DNA of 64,000 nt from Rhynchopus sp. YZ270_cl-10 (taxonomy: Eukaryota): positions 1,922,001 to 1,986,000 of the forward strand of contig OZ037839.1 in the NCBI GenBank assembly GCA_964035575.1. The letters run 5' to 3'. Under the pieces are notes generated by a model. The model had not been told where the DNA came from and made no database searches. It was given only the letters and a program-made list of their open reading frames with translations. Positions 49,996-60,285 of this stretch are shown in pieces. Numbering within the stretch: the stretch's first letter is position 1; every line of letters begins with the position of its first letter. The translations under genes and the position numbers were made by a program.

Positions 49996-50649
49996 GTCTC
50001 GGCCAGTGGAGTCCCCTACAGGAGGGGAGAGGGCTTTGCCCTCTCCTGTACTACACGTGAATATGTCTTTGTTTTTGCAAAGAAAACATGAAAAGCTGCT
50101 CGCCATGGTGGAGGCCCGTCTGTTGGACGCCGAGACCGAGGAGGAGCTGCACCGTGCACAGGCTTTGGTACGCCTGTTGGAGGAGGCACGGAAGGCCACG
50201 CTGCGCATAGCAGCAGAAGAAGAGGAACCCCCCGTCGTGCAGGAGGAGAAGCAGACGACGGAGGTGACGGCGGCACCACCGCCAGCGAAGGAGACACCCG
50301 GCACCTGCCCAGATGCCACCGCAACGACCCCCCCCACCAGCAGGAGGCTTGGCTCTACTGGTGGGGCAACGACGCCTCACGAGGCGCATACGACGAAGCC
50401 GGCGCCGCCGCCTCCACCCGACGACCGCCTGCACCCACTGACTCGCCCACCCGACGGTGGATGGAAGTGCCCACCCGACCGTGGGTGGCTGTGCTCACCT
50501 GCAAGAACGTGTTCTCTGAAGTGCCCACCCGACCGTGGACGGCTGCGCACCGCAAAGACTATCGCCTGGAGCAATTCGGGCATAACATAGAAGCGTGTAG
50601 TATAGTGGAGTTCATCTTCGGGTGTCTACACTAAAACAACCAAGTTTTC
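49984..50649 (+). mobile_element. Retroposed, SL-bearing insert ending in the family-1 hairpin tail
   Basis: Absent from the sister arm (51737-51762); TSD AAATATC at 49977-49983 and 50650-50656. Confidence 0.85.
50063..50590 (+). CDS. 175-aa hypothetical protein: predicted coiled coil, P/T-rich linker, repeated PPD(R/G)G motifs
   Basis: First ATG after the SL relic; GC-rich; stop 10 bp before the 3' hairpin. Confidence 0.6.
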   Translation: MSLFLQRKHEKLLAMVEARLLDAETEEELHRAQALVRLLEEARKATLRIAAEEEEPPVVQEEKQTTEVTAAPPPAKETPGTCPDATATTPPTSRRLGSTGGATTPHEAHTTKPAPPPPPDDRLHPLTRPPDGGWKCPPDRGWLCSPARTCSLKCPPDRGRLRTAKTIAWSNSGIT

Positions 50650-52075
50650 AAATATCAAAAAACGGACATCAGATAGTGTGCAAATACCCAAAATCACCCC
50701 AAAAGTATCGAATCTTTTCAAATACATCTGTTTTTCACACTTTAGACGCTCTGTTCGGGGCCAAAACCTCATTTTTAGGTCAAAAAATCGTCCCGTTTTC
50801 GTCCCGTTTACCGCGCTCACACCATTCCTCAAACCCGTTGGGCCACTTTCTGGCCACTGCTGGGGGGTCTGACCACCCAGAGCACCCCCATTTACCAACC
50901 TCCTACCACATTTTCACCGAATTTCAGACCCAAAACTCTCTCTGTACCCCCAGAAATGACCCAAAAAAACACAGAAAAAATGACTTTGGCAACAGCAACG
51001 GCTATGATAAGCACCCTTTTTGGGAAAGGTGGGGAAGAGGAAGAGTCCCTGGTGTGAGGTGGGTGCTGAGGAAGTGTCGTGCTTGCATCGCAAGCCCCCT
51101 TGCAGATCCCTGACGGAGATTATGTTCGGGAGGGGCTTTGTGCAGGTGGGGTGCAAGAGGATACAGGTGGGGACAAACATAGTGAGAGTGGCTGCAATGC
51201 AGGCACCACACCTTGCTCGTCTTGTCCCTTGTCCCCACCTGTATCCTCTTGCACCCCACCTGCACAAGGCCCCTCCCGAACATAATCTCCGTCAGGGATC
51301 TGCAAGGGGGCTTGCGATGCAAGCACGACACTTCCTCAGCACCCACCTCACACCAGGGACTCTTCCTCTTCCCCACCTTTCCCAAAAAGGGTGCTTATCA
51401 TAGCCGTTGCTGTTGCCAAAGTCATTTTTTCTGTGTTTTTTTGGGTCATTTCTGGGGGTACAGAGAGAGTTTTGGGTCTGAAATTCGGTGAAAATGTGGT
51501 AGGAGGTTGGTAAATGGGGGTGCTCTGGGTGGTCAGACCCCCCAGCAGTGGCCAGAAAGTGGCCCAACGGGTTTGAGGAATGGTGTGAGCGCGGTAAACG
51601 GGACGAAAACGGGACGATTTTTTGACCTAAAAATGAGGTTTTGGCCCCGAACAGAGCGTCTAAAGTGTGAAAAACAGATGTATTTGAAAAGATTCGATAC
51701 TTTTGGGGTGATTTTGGGTATTTGCACACTATCTGATGTCCGTTTTTTGATATTTTTTTCAAAAAAAGAGTGAAAAAACGCTGTTTTCCCAAAAGTGCGA
51801 AAAGTGCGAAAACCCCAAAAAACCAGTCAATTTTTCATATTTTTCATGTTTCTGGGCGCATTTGGAGGCCTGTGACCAGGCACACCCCCCTCCTGAGCCC
51901 CAAAAAATCCATATTCGCCAGAGATTTTGTGTTTCGAGCCTCTGTGGTATCGTAACTCAAAAAATTTCACTAAAACCGCCTTTTTGCCACCCCCTACCCC
52001 CCCCCCCCCCCCCCCATAATTGAAACCGAGGGAATTAACGACAACTTAATTACCGGCTGGACTGCATGCTGTGTT

Positions 52076-52986
52076 CAGGGGTCCTAAGAGTGGTAACTTT
52101 TACCACTTCTGAAGTGACCTTTTTTATTTTTTTGAAATCCGAAGGTCACTTCGAAGTGACCTTCGAAAAGTGCCCTAAAAAGTGACCTTTTTATTTTTAT
52201 TTTTTGAAATCCGGTGTCACGAAGTGACCTCGGATGCTTAACATACACCGGGAACACGTTGGAGGGTCCGGGAATTTTTTTTCTTTTTTGCCAAGATCAG
52301 GGGTCTGCAGGGCTGCAGGTTGCCACAATTTTAAGCGCATTTTTTTGAAATGTTGCGTACCGTGGCTTCGCCAGAAACTTTCGTTTTAGCAAAATACGTA
52401 AGTAATTTACGGAAACTGACGATAATTACCAACGACAGTGCCATTTTATGTCAACATTTTTTAGAAATGTTGCGTACCGTGGCTTCGCCAGAAACTTTCG
52501 TTTTAGCAAAATACGTAAGTAATTTACGGAAACTGACGATAATTACCAACGACAGTGCCATTTTATGTCAACATTTTTTAGAAATGTTGCGTACCGTGGC
52601 TTCGCCAGGAACCTTTGGGTGACATGACCGCCGTTTCTTTTATTAATGTACTGAGGTTACTGATAAGAAGGCTGACACCCACTAAACATCTGCCAAAACA
52701 TCTGCCTATGGCTGTGTTGTGTTGTTCGTGGTAAGAAGCATAACGGTGGCATCAGACTGCGACACCGCGAAATTGCCTCACAAAAAAAAAATCGTATCTA
52801 GTACTCTGTCCCTATGATACGGCGATAACCAACGTCCGGTGTATGTCCGAGGAATTTGCACCTTTTCGACCTCACTTTTGTTGTTCCTCTGAGGGGGGAA
52901 AGTTTTTTTTTTCCCTCCCCAAAAAACGAGAAGTGACCTTGAAGTTACCATTTTTAATTTTTTTGAGAACAGCGTTAGGACCCCTG
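52076..52986. mobile_element. hAT-like non-autonomous element (family W)
   Basis: TIR CAGGGGTCCTAA; perfect 8-bp TSD GCTGTGTT; AAGTGACCT motifs; internal 118-bp tandem repeat (~52340-52608). Confidence 0.9.
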
Positions 52987-53514
52987 GCTGTGTTACATAT
53001 TTTTATTTTTGTGTCCAAATAAATATTTCCATCATCCATGCTTCCCCCTAGGCATGAAGTACGTGCACCGAATCGGATCCGATAATGTGGTAATTATTGG
53101 GAGCATCTTGGAGGGGGTATTCACACCTATCCACTTTAATTTCTGAGATACTCAAACATTAGAAACAAAAGTCTAAGCAGACGCAGACTCGGGGGACATT
53201 GGCACAACAACAACAAAACAAAAAAAAACTGAACTTTGTCTTTCTCTGCAAGAGAGACACCTTCATCCTCATTGCTTTATTCCCAAAAACAAGAAAACGA
53301 ACCCTCACCCCTCTCCTGATATTTTCAGTCCCACCACTCATCCTCCACTCCTCCAACGTTTGTCACGTGGTTACTTTGTGATTCATGTTTTGTTCCTAGG
53401 CTAGCCTCGTACCATCAGTCATTCACTCACAACGAGATAATATTATCATCAACACAAAATACAAAACAACCCACACCCCGTCTCCTGACAGAGGTCGAGC
53501 AAAAAGACAGAACA

Positions 53515-54630
53515 ATGGATGTGACGTTTGTGCTGGAAGAGTCAGGCGTGACTGCGACAGTGGAGGTGCCGTGCGACGCGGACGTTGCAGCGGCAAAGGA
53601 GGTTGCGTGCACGGCGCTTGCTGTCTCGCCTGCATCTGTCGAGATGCGCATCGGCACGCAGGTACTGGAGGGGACGTGCCGTCTGCAGGACACTGCATTT
53701 GATGCAGGGGTGCAGGTTGTGCTTGCCCGCTTTGCCGACATCAAGTGTCCTGCTGAGTTCAGTGAAAATGTCTCACAATTTTCTCTGTCTCCTTGTGGAA
53801 CGCTGTGCCTCATCTTCATGCGGGTTAACGATGCACTTGTTACCTGCGTCGGCTTCGACACAGGAACCTTTGACACTGCTTTCAAGTTCGACTTCGAATG
53901 TGATAACCTCGGCCAGCCTGCTGTCTCACCGTGCAAGACACGCTGCTACGTGCCGTATGGGGATGACTTACGCGAGGTTGCGCTTCCAGGCGGGGAGGTG
54001 CTCCGCAAAGTCGACTCCCCGTCGAGGTCAGTGTTCGCGTCTGGCAGTGTTGTTGTCTCATCGTGTGACGACTTTGTCTCTGTCTATGGCACAGACCTGA
54101 CGTTCCTCCGCTACCTCTCGCGCCAAGGGAACAAAGGTGTGTCAGTGTCAGACTGTGGTGGGTGGGCGATGACCCGACACGATGATATGAAGGCACGTCT
54201 GTGGGATGTGAGCACAGGTGTTGCTGTGGCATGTGTGCCTGTGAAGGGTGCTGGGTGGCAGTGTGCTACGGCGATTTCACGGTCTGCCTCTATCTTTGCT
54301 GTGGGTCACCCTGAGGAAGTGCACCTCTACGACTGGCGTGGTGCGTCTCTTGGCAGCATTAGAAAGGAGGATCACTACGTCGTTTTCGTGCGCTTCACTC
54401 CCTGTGGGAAGTACGTGGTAGTTGATTTTGTAAATCTTAGCTTGGAAGAAGGTTCACTACACCAGTATGATGTGTCGACTATGTCCTGTGTGCGTGTGAT
54501 ACCAAATTGCATCAGTCCAGTTGCGATATCGCCGACTTCACGTGTGGTTATGTTTTTGTCCGAAGAAAATTCTCAATCTGCATCCGAGAAAAAAAATGCC
54601 CTTCTGACGAGACACCTGTACCCCTACTGA
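53515..54630 (+). CDS. Ubiquitin-like domain + divergent WD40 repeat protein
   Basis: 371-aa ORF; Ubl-like N-terminus (MDVTFVL..TVEV..ADVAAAK..L.V....EMRIG...L....LQDTAF.AG..V); blades KARLWDV, VRFTPCGKYV. Confidence 0.87.
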   Translation: MDVTFVLEESGVTATVEVPCDADVAAAKEVACTALAVSPASVEMRIGTQVLEGTCRLQDTAFDAGVQVVLARFADIKCPAEFSENVSQFSLSPCGTLCLIFMRVNDALVTCVGFDTGTFDTAFKFDFECDNLGQPAVSPCKTRCYVPYGDDLREVALPGGEVLRKVDSPSRSVFASGSVVVSSCDDFVSVYGTDLTFLRYLSRQGNKGVSVSDCGGWAMTRHDDMKARLWDVSTGVAVACVPVKGAGWQCATAISRSASIFAVGHPEEVHLYDWRGASLGSIRKEDHYVVFVRFTPCGKYVVVDFVNLSLEEGSLHQYDVSTMSCVRVIPNCISPVAISPTSRVVMFLSEENSQSASEKKNALLTRHLYPY

Positions 54631-55159
54631 GTATTGCAGTTGGGTCTCCACACCAGAGGCTGAGGCCATAGCGAGAGGAAGAGGATGAGGATGGGGGGAG
54701 AGCACGGAGAGCTCGGAGGGCTCCCGACCCAGAGAAACATCGTTGTCGTTGAAGAGTGGGTGGGTTTATTCTTGTTTTTCGGATCATATCAGTGTGTTAT
54801 GTGGACCGTAAAAAATGTGGAACATTTTCAGTTTTGGGGGGCGTGGGCATTAGTACGGTCGACTATTGTTACGGTTACGGTATTGTTATTCCCTCCATCC
54901 TCATTCCTTCGTTTGTCCAACATCCACACTCACTACAGGTAGGTAAATAAATATTTTGTAAATAAATGTTAATTCGTTTATCGGTTCTCGCTGTTCTTGT
55001 GCAGGTTGATTTGGGTGCCGCCAGCTCATCTCATTAGTGCTTGGGGAGTGCTGACTGTCGCGTGTTCGAGGATGCACTTGGCACATGCACCAACAGTGTC
55101 TGCTTGTGCAGCAGCGACAAGAAGGATTCCTCGGACTACTGCAGTCTTCGTGCCCTGCT

Positions 55160-55326
55160 CTGATTCTTTCGGGTTCATTAACGAGACTTGATCTGAGTGC
55201 TGTGTCGTGTGTGACGGAAGTTGGTGATAGGTTTCTGGACGGCTGTACAACGTTGACAAGCATCGACCTGTCAGGGTTGAGCAATGTGACGCGCATCGGT
55301 AGCTACTTTCTCTACAACTGCAAAGG
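55160..55326 (+). pseudogene. LRR gene relic truncated by a transposon nest
   Basis: LTRLDLSAVSCVTEVGDRFLDGCTTLTSIDLSGLSNVTRIGSYFLYNC matches the local LRR family; homology stops at TTAA 55327. Confidence 0.8.
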
Positions 55327-56787
55327 TTTAAGACCCAATCACAGCACGCAGAGGCTCCGGATCACCGAAATCAAAAATAGCTCCCCTACCGACCAGAAAA
55401 GTCGTTTTCTTGATGAGTGTTTTCTGAGTGCACACTCTGAAATCACGAATCAAGAGAAAACGGCTTTTTGGGAGGTGAAAACAGGGCTTTGTTGAAATTT
55501 TCTGGCTTTGAGGAACTTTCACACACAATTTTAAGGGGTTTTACCTGTGTACCTGTGTATGGCAGGCACCTGGGTACCTGGGCTGAAAATACACCAGTAC
55601 CCAGCCTGGGTGCCCAGACACACCACTGTACCACCCAGAATCTAGTCTCTCACCCAGAAAACCTACTCAGACACCAGAAAAGTGAAAATGGCTACTCGAC
55701 CAGAAAAGTAGCTGGAAAAAGTTCAGAAAAGCCAGAAAATTTCAACAATTTTTTTTTTGGGGAATAATCAGATTTACCCTACCCTATTTTGAAAAAGTTC
55801 AGACTTGCCCGAAAATAAGTTCAGACTTGCCCTAAAAACTTTTTTAGGGCAAGTCTGAACTTATTTTAGGGCAAACACTTTTTTAGGGCAAGTCTGAACT
55901 TATTTTCGGGTAAGTCTGAACTTATTTTAGGGTAAGTCTGAACTTATTTTAGGGCAACAAGTCAGGCCACTTTGGCTGGGGCACTCTTGGGGCCCCACAT
56001 GGTATGACTTGTTATATTGCCCTAAAATGCCTAACTGAGCCGGAGCCCAAAAATGATGCCAGAAACCACCAGCCACCCGGAAAGGGTGAGCAGGCAGTCC
56101 ACGTTGGGCCAGAACCGGTTATAAGGAAGCCGTGTTCTGGGGCAACGTGGGGCGCAAAGTTTTACAATTTTCATGCACGGGTGCTCCACAAATTACCAAG
56201 TATTCCTTCTTTGTTGAATTGAGAGAGAGTCAGTGTTTAGCTACCACGAGGGCGTGCTTAGAATTCCTTCGAGGAAGGCACAATTTTATTTATGTGGTCG
56301 GTTAAGACGAGCCTATGAAGAACAACGAGGTCATCGTTGAAAGGAGCGAACTCCCCTTCCCACAACATCTCTCACACTTCAACTCAGAATTCATACTTGG
56401 TTATTTGCTTTGTCCATACGCAATCAAATTGTCATGCTTTCAAGAGCATGCCTGGCCAAAATGCAACAACGTGGGAAAAATCGTTGTTGTTCCAAAAGGC
56501 AACAAGACCACCCACAAGGGGTGTTGAATTGTGCACTGTCCGGGGGAGCGCAAAGTTTTTTCCCTGTACACAGTGGACACATCTTTATCACTTTGGTCCC
56601 ACGGGGACACATTTGGATACTGCACGCATGCAGAAGTGCCAAACATGTCCGCACGTGGAGTGGAGTGTCCATCATGTTTTCCTGGTTTCCAAAAAGCAGT
56701 TTTCTTTTGCACTTACTATTTGCCCCGGTGTCTGGCAATAGAAGTGGCTAACATTGTAATGAGTAGCATATACATACCGTTGTGATC

Positions 56788-57930
56788 CAGGCCTGACGCT
56801 AACTTTTCGATTTTTGGGAAATCGTGGGATGATGGTCGAATATGGGGGGGGGGAAAGCTAAAAAAAAATTTTTCCGCGCCTGTTTTTTTTGACCTCACGC
56901 AACACTCCACACCATTGACAAAAACACACGATTTTATTTTTTGAAAACTTGGTCAGCCCCGCCGCCAGGATTTTGGGCTTGAAAAAGTTCTGTTGATGGT
57001 CAAAAAATATTTTTCGCGCTTCGCGCGAAAACCCCTGCAAAGCTCCTTCTCGTGGCCTCCGGCGGAGAGACGCATGTTCCCCAAGCCCGGTCAGAGTTCC
57101 TCCGAATCAGCGACATTTGCTCTTTCCCTGTGCATTGTACTCTTCGGTGGCCAGTGCAGGTGGCCGTCCAGAATCCGCATTGGGTGTCAGCCTTCTTATC
57201 GGTAAAGCAGCGGTCATGGTACCCAAAGGTTCCTGGCGAAGCCACGGTACGCAACATTTCTAAAAAATGTTCCCATAAAATGGAACTGCGTTGGTGGGAT
57301 ACATACTTGCGCCGCAGGCGCACGGTACGCAACTTTTTCCATCATGTCATCATGTCATCATGTCATCATGTCATCATGTCATCATGTCATCATGTCATCA
57401 TGTCATCATGTCATCATGTCATCATGTCATCATGTCATCATGTCATCATGTCATCATGTCATCATGTCATCATGTCATCATGTCATCATGTCATCATGTC
57501 ATCATGTCATCATGTCATCATGTCATCATGTCATCATGTCATCATGTCATCATGTCATCATGCCATCATGCCATCATGCCATCATGCCATCATGCCATCA
57601 TGCCATCATGCCATCATGCCATCATGCCATCATGCCATCATGCCATCATGCCATCATGCCATCATGCCATCATGCCATCATGCCATCATGCCATCATGCA
57701 CCCCCCGTGGCATGATGGTGGCATGATGAAGGGGAAAAAAAAATCCCCCAAAAACGTGGGATGAATGGCATGATGGTTAGCAAAAGGCCTGCTAACAACG
57801 CAGAAACAAAATTTTTTTTGAAAAAAAAATGGGTGTTTTGTGGTGGGTTGATGGTGGGATGATGGTTTATGGTCGGGGGGGGGAAAGCCATTTTCCGTGG
57901 GTTGATGGATGATGGTTAGCGTCAGGCCTG
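56788..57930. mobile_element. CAG...CTG element with 9-bp TSD (family L)
   Basis: TIR CAGGCCTGACGCTAAC; TSD GTTGTGATC at 56779-56787 and 57931-57939. Confidence 0.9.
57340..57699. repeat. Biphasic 8-mer satellite (CATCATGT)27(CATCATGC)18
   Basis: 8-bp period with a single T>C switch starting at the unit at 57556. Confidence 0.97.
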
Positions 57931-57949
57931 GTTGTGATCCAAATGAGTA

Positions 57950-58466
57950 CTGGGGGGGGGCTAATAAAGTATACGGTGCTAATAAAGTATACGGTGCGGA
58001 AACCCATTTTGAGCGTGTAAATCTGTGAAATAAAGTATAAGGTTTTTGTGTACATTTTTCTTACTAAAAAAATTTTTCAGCAAGTTTTGCACAAAAAATC
58101 GAAATTTTTTTTTTTTGATTTCGGTGGTCCGGATTCTGTGCGTGCTGTGATGGGGTCACTTTGCGCTGAGAAACGAGTATTTTTGACCTAAAACGCGTGT
58201 ATCAGTTTTTACACGATTGGTGCTGATGGGGTTCAGATTTGTGAAAATTTAAGTCACCAAAAAATTGTTCATTTTTCCACATTGACCCCACCACTGGCTG
58301 GGATTGGCCCAAAAATGCCAATGGTGGTGTTTTCGCGAGGTTTCGGCCACTAGAAACCCCAAAATAACAGTGATTTTTTTTTTTCCCCCCTTTTTCGTTT
58401 TTTGGCCATTTAAGCAGTAATTCCCGCCGAATAAAGTATACGTATACTTTAATAGCTCCCCCCCAG
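57950..58466. mobile_element. TA-flanked MITE (family G5)
   Basis: TA-CTG-Gn-CTAATAAAGTATACG...CGTATACTTTAATAGCT-Cn-AG-TA. Confidence 0.85.
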
Positions 58467-59346
58467 TAAGGCGACCAAAAAAGTCCTCTGGAATTTTTTG
58501 TTGTGTCGACAATCGCCGAGTAATCCCGGAGAATTAGGGTCTGGCCGAAGCCTTTTGTACTACGGTAGCAACCTTTCAGAGCAACTATTAGCAAGAAAAG
58601 AATCAGGTTTTGGAGGTTACAGTCCTCGTTTAAAAAGTTAAAGGTAGAGGTGGGGAAACTGTAGCTATAGAAATCGTTGTTGCAGTAGTGTAGACACCCG
58701 AGGGTGCACCACTATGCTTTCTTTGGTTGTATCGATCACCTACAGAGGTAGGATGTACACAATGTCGCCCGAAGGCTTTGTACTTAATCGGTATTTTTTT
58801 TTGTTACTACTACGTCGTGTACCAGGAGTCGCGTTTGGGTACGTCTTTCTTCTGTTTTCTGTACGGGTCTCGGTTCGCGGTGTAGTGCAGTGCGGCGCGA
58901 AAAGCTGCATACCATAGGTTGCTCATTTCACTACCAGGACTCGAGTCGCGAATAGCAGAATCACAAGAATCGACACAGCAGAAAGTTCTGAAACGCAAAA
59001 ACGACGACCGCCGGGCTCTGTGACCCAAGAGCTCCCAACTTGCCCTAAAAATAAGTTCAGACTTGCCCTAAAAAAAGTGTTTGCCCTAAAAATAAGTTCA
59101 GAATGGAGGTACCCTAACTGTTCGGTCCAATTCGGTGTATTTCGGTCCATTTCGTTTTTTTTTTTTTTTCGCAAAGGGAAATTTCCCCTTGTACCAGAAA
59201 AACCGAAAAAACCGAAATAAAACGAAATGAAAACCGAAAAAAACCGAAATGTTAGGGTACCTTTTTTGGTCCGATCCTCCTTCTAAGGTGCTCGCTCTCC
59301 ATACCTAGACCCTCTAATTTTTTTTTTTTGCCCCTATATAGGGCTA

Positions 59347-60285
59347 CAGTCCCGCCTCTAATTAGTGAATTTCTAATTTATAAATTCGACCAAATCTGAA
59401 AATATTTAATTAGCGACTTTATAAATTAGAACGTCGCTAATTAAGATTTTATAAATTACAGCTTGCCCACCCAAATCCCAGTCTAAATCTCTACCAGACT
59501 CTCTGCATCTTTCTCTCATTTTCGATCATCATGTCTGTCTCCACCACGGAATGAACAAAAAAATGACAGCAGGCTGTCCTCACTGCCCCGGAGATTGTCA
59601 CCATCGCAGACAACGACATGGCGGATGACAGAGAAGTTGAAAGTGCCAGCGCCTCACCGTTCATCGGCGGACGCAGGCACTGATGACAGACCGCACGCTG
59701 ATGTGATGGCGTGGTGGAATGACGCTCACCCAGGACGCCATATTCCTGCTCCCACCATCTCCAAGTACAACACCCACAAAAAGAGAGCGGTTCGTACTTC
59801 ACCCAAGGCTCTTGTGAACCCCGAGGAGCTGAAGAGGTTTCTCAACCTTACGGGAATACCCGCAAGTTCGGCTGGGCCATAACAGCCAATCGATTTGCGT
59901 CGCTTGCGAGGGGGATGGTGGTGAAGACGAGGCGGGACACGCCTCGGTGTAACCGACTCCTGGTGTCCAGGTCTTTTCATCTCGTGGGTGAAATAGACCA
60001 TAAATAGACCATATGGAGGCGAACGGCATGCGCGTACGCACCGTTTTTTACTTCCGTGTATCACTGATTACACACCTCCTTTTCCACATATTCCTCCAAC
60101 AGAACCCACACAAACCCCGTCGTCACTTGTGCAGGCAAAAAAAAATTTCGGCTCCGCCGGGGAAAATAAATTCAATAACTTATTAGTATTCCCCCGAAAA
60201 ATAAATTAATTCACGACTTTATAAATTAGAACGTCACTAATTAGGATTTTATAAAATAAAACGTTATTAATAATAGGCGGGACTG
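59347..60285. mobile_element. pogo/Tigger-like non-autonomous element (family I)
   Basis: TA-CAGTCCCGCCT...AGGCGGGACTG-TA; repeated TTTATAAATTAGAACGTC motif near both ends. Confidence 0.85.

Larger units (their letters stand above)
49738..51994. mobile_element. Palindromic fold-back element (family D), left arm interrupted
   Basis: ~765-bp near-perfect arms around a 52-bp spacer (51177-51228); GGGGG(G/T)GGCAAAAA ends, TA flanks; 666-bp insert in the left arm only. Confidence 0.92.

Noticed and set aside
49982..50100. Spliced-leader RNA gene
   Set aside because: Only 14 nt of exon, the following GTCTC is not the usual GTATG-type donor, there is no tandem array, and it is followed by an ORF
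52340..52620. Three regularly spaced repeats resembling a CRISPR array
   Set aside because: The 'spacers' are identical: a 118-bp tandem duplication inside a TSD-flanked element, with no cas genes in a eukaryotic context
57052..57764. ORFs with (HHVIMSSC)n repeats
   Set aside because: Translation of the 8-bp satellite inside a TIR element
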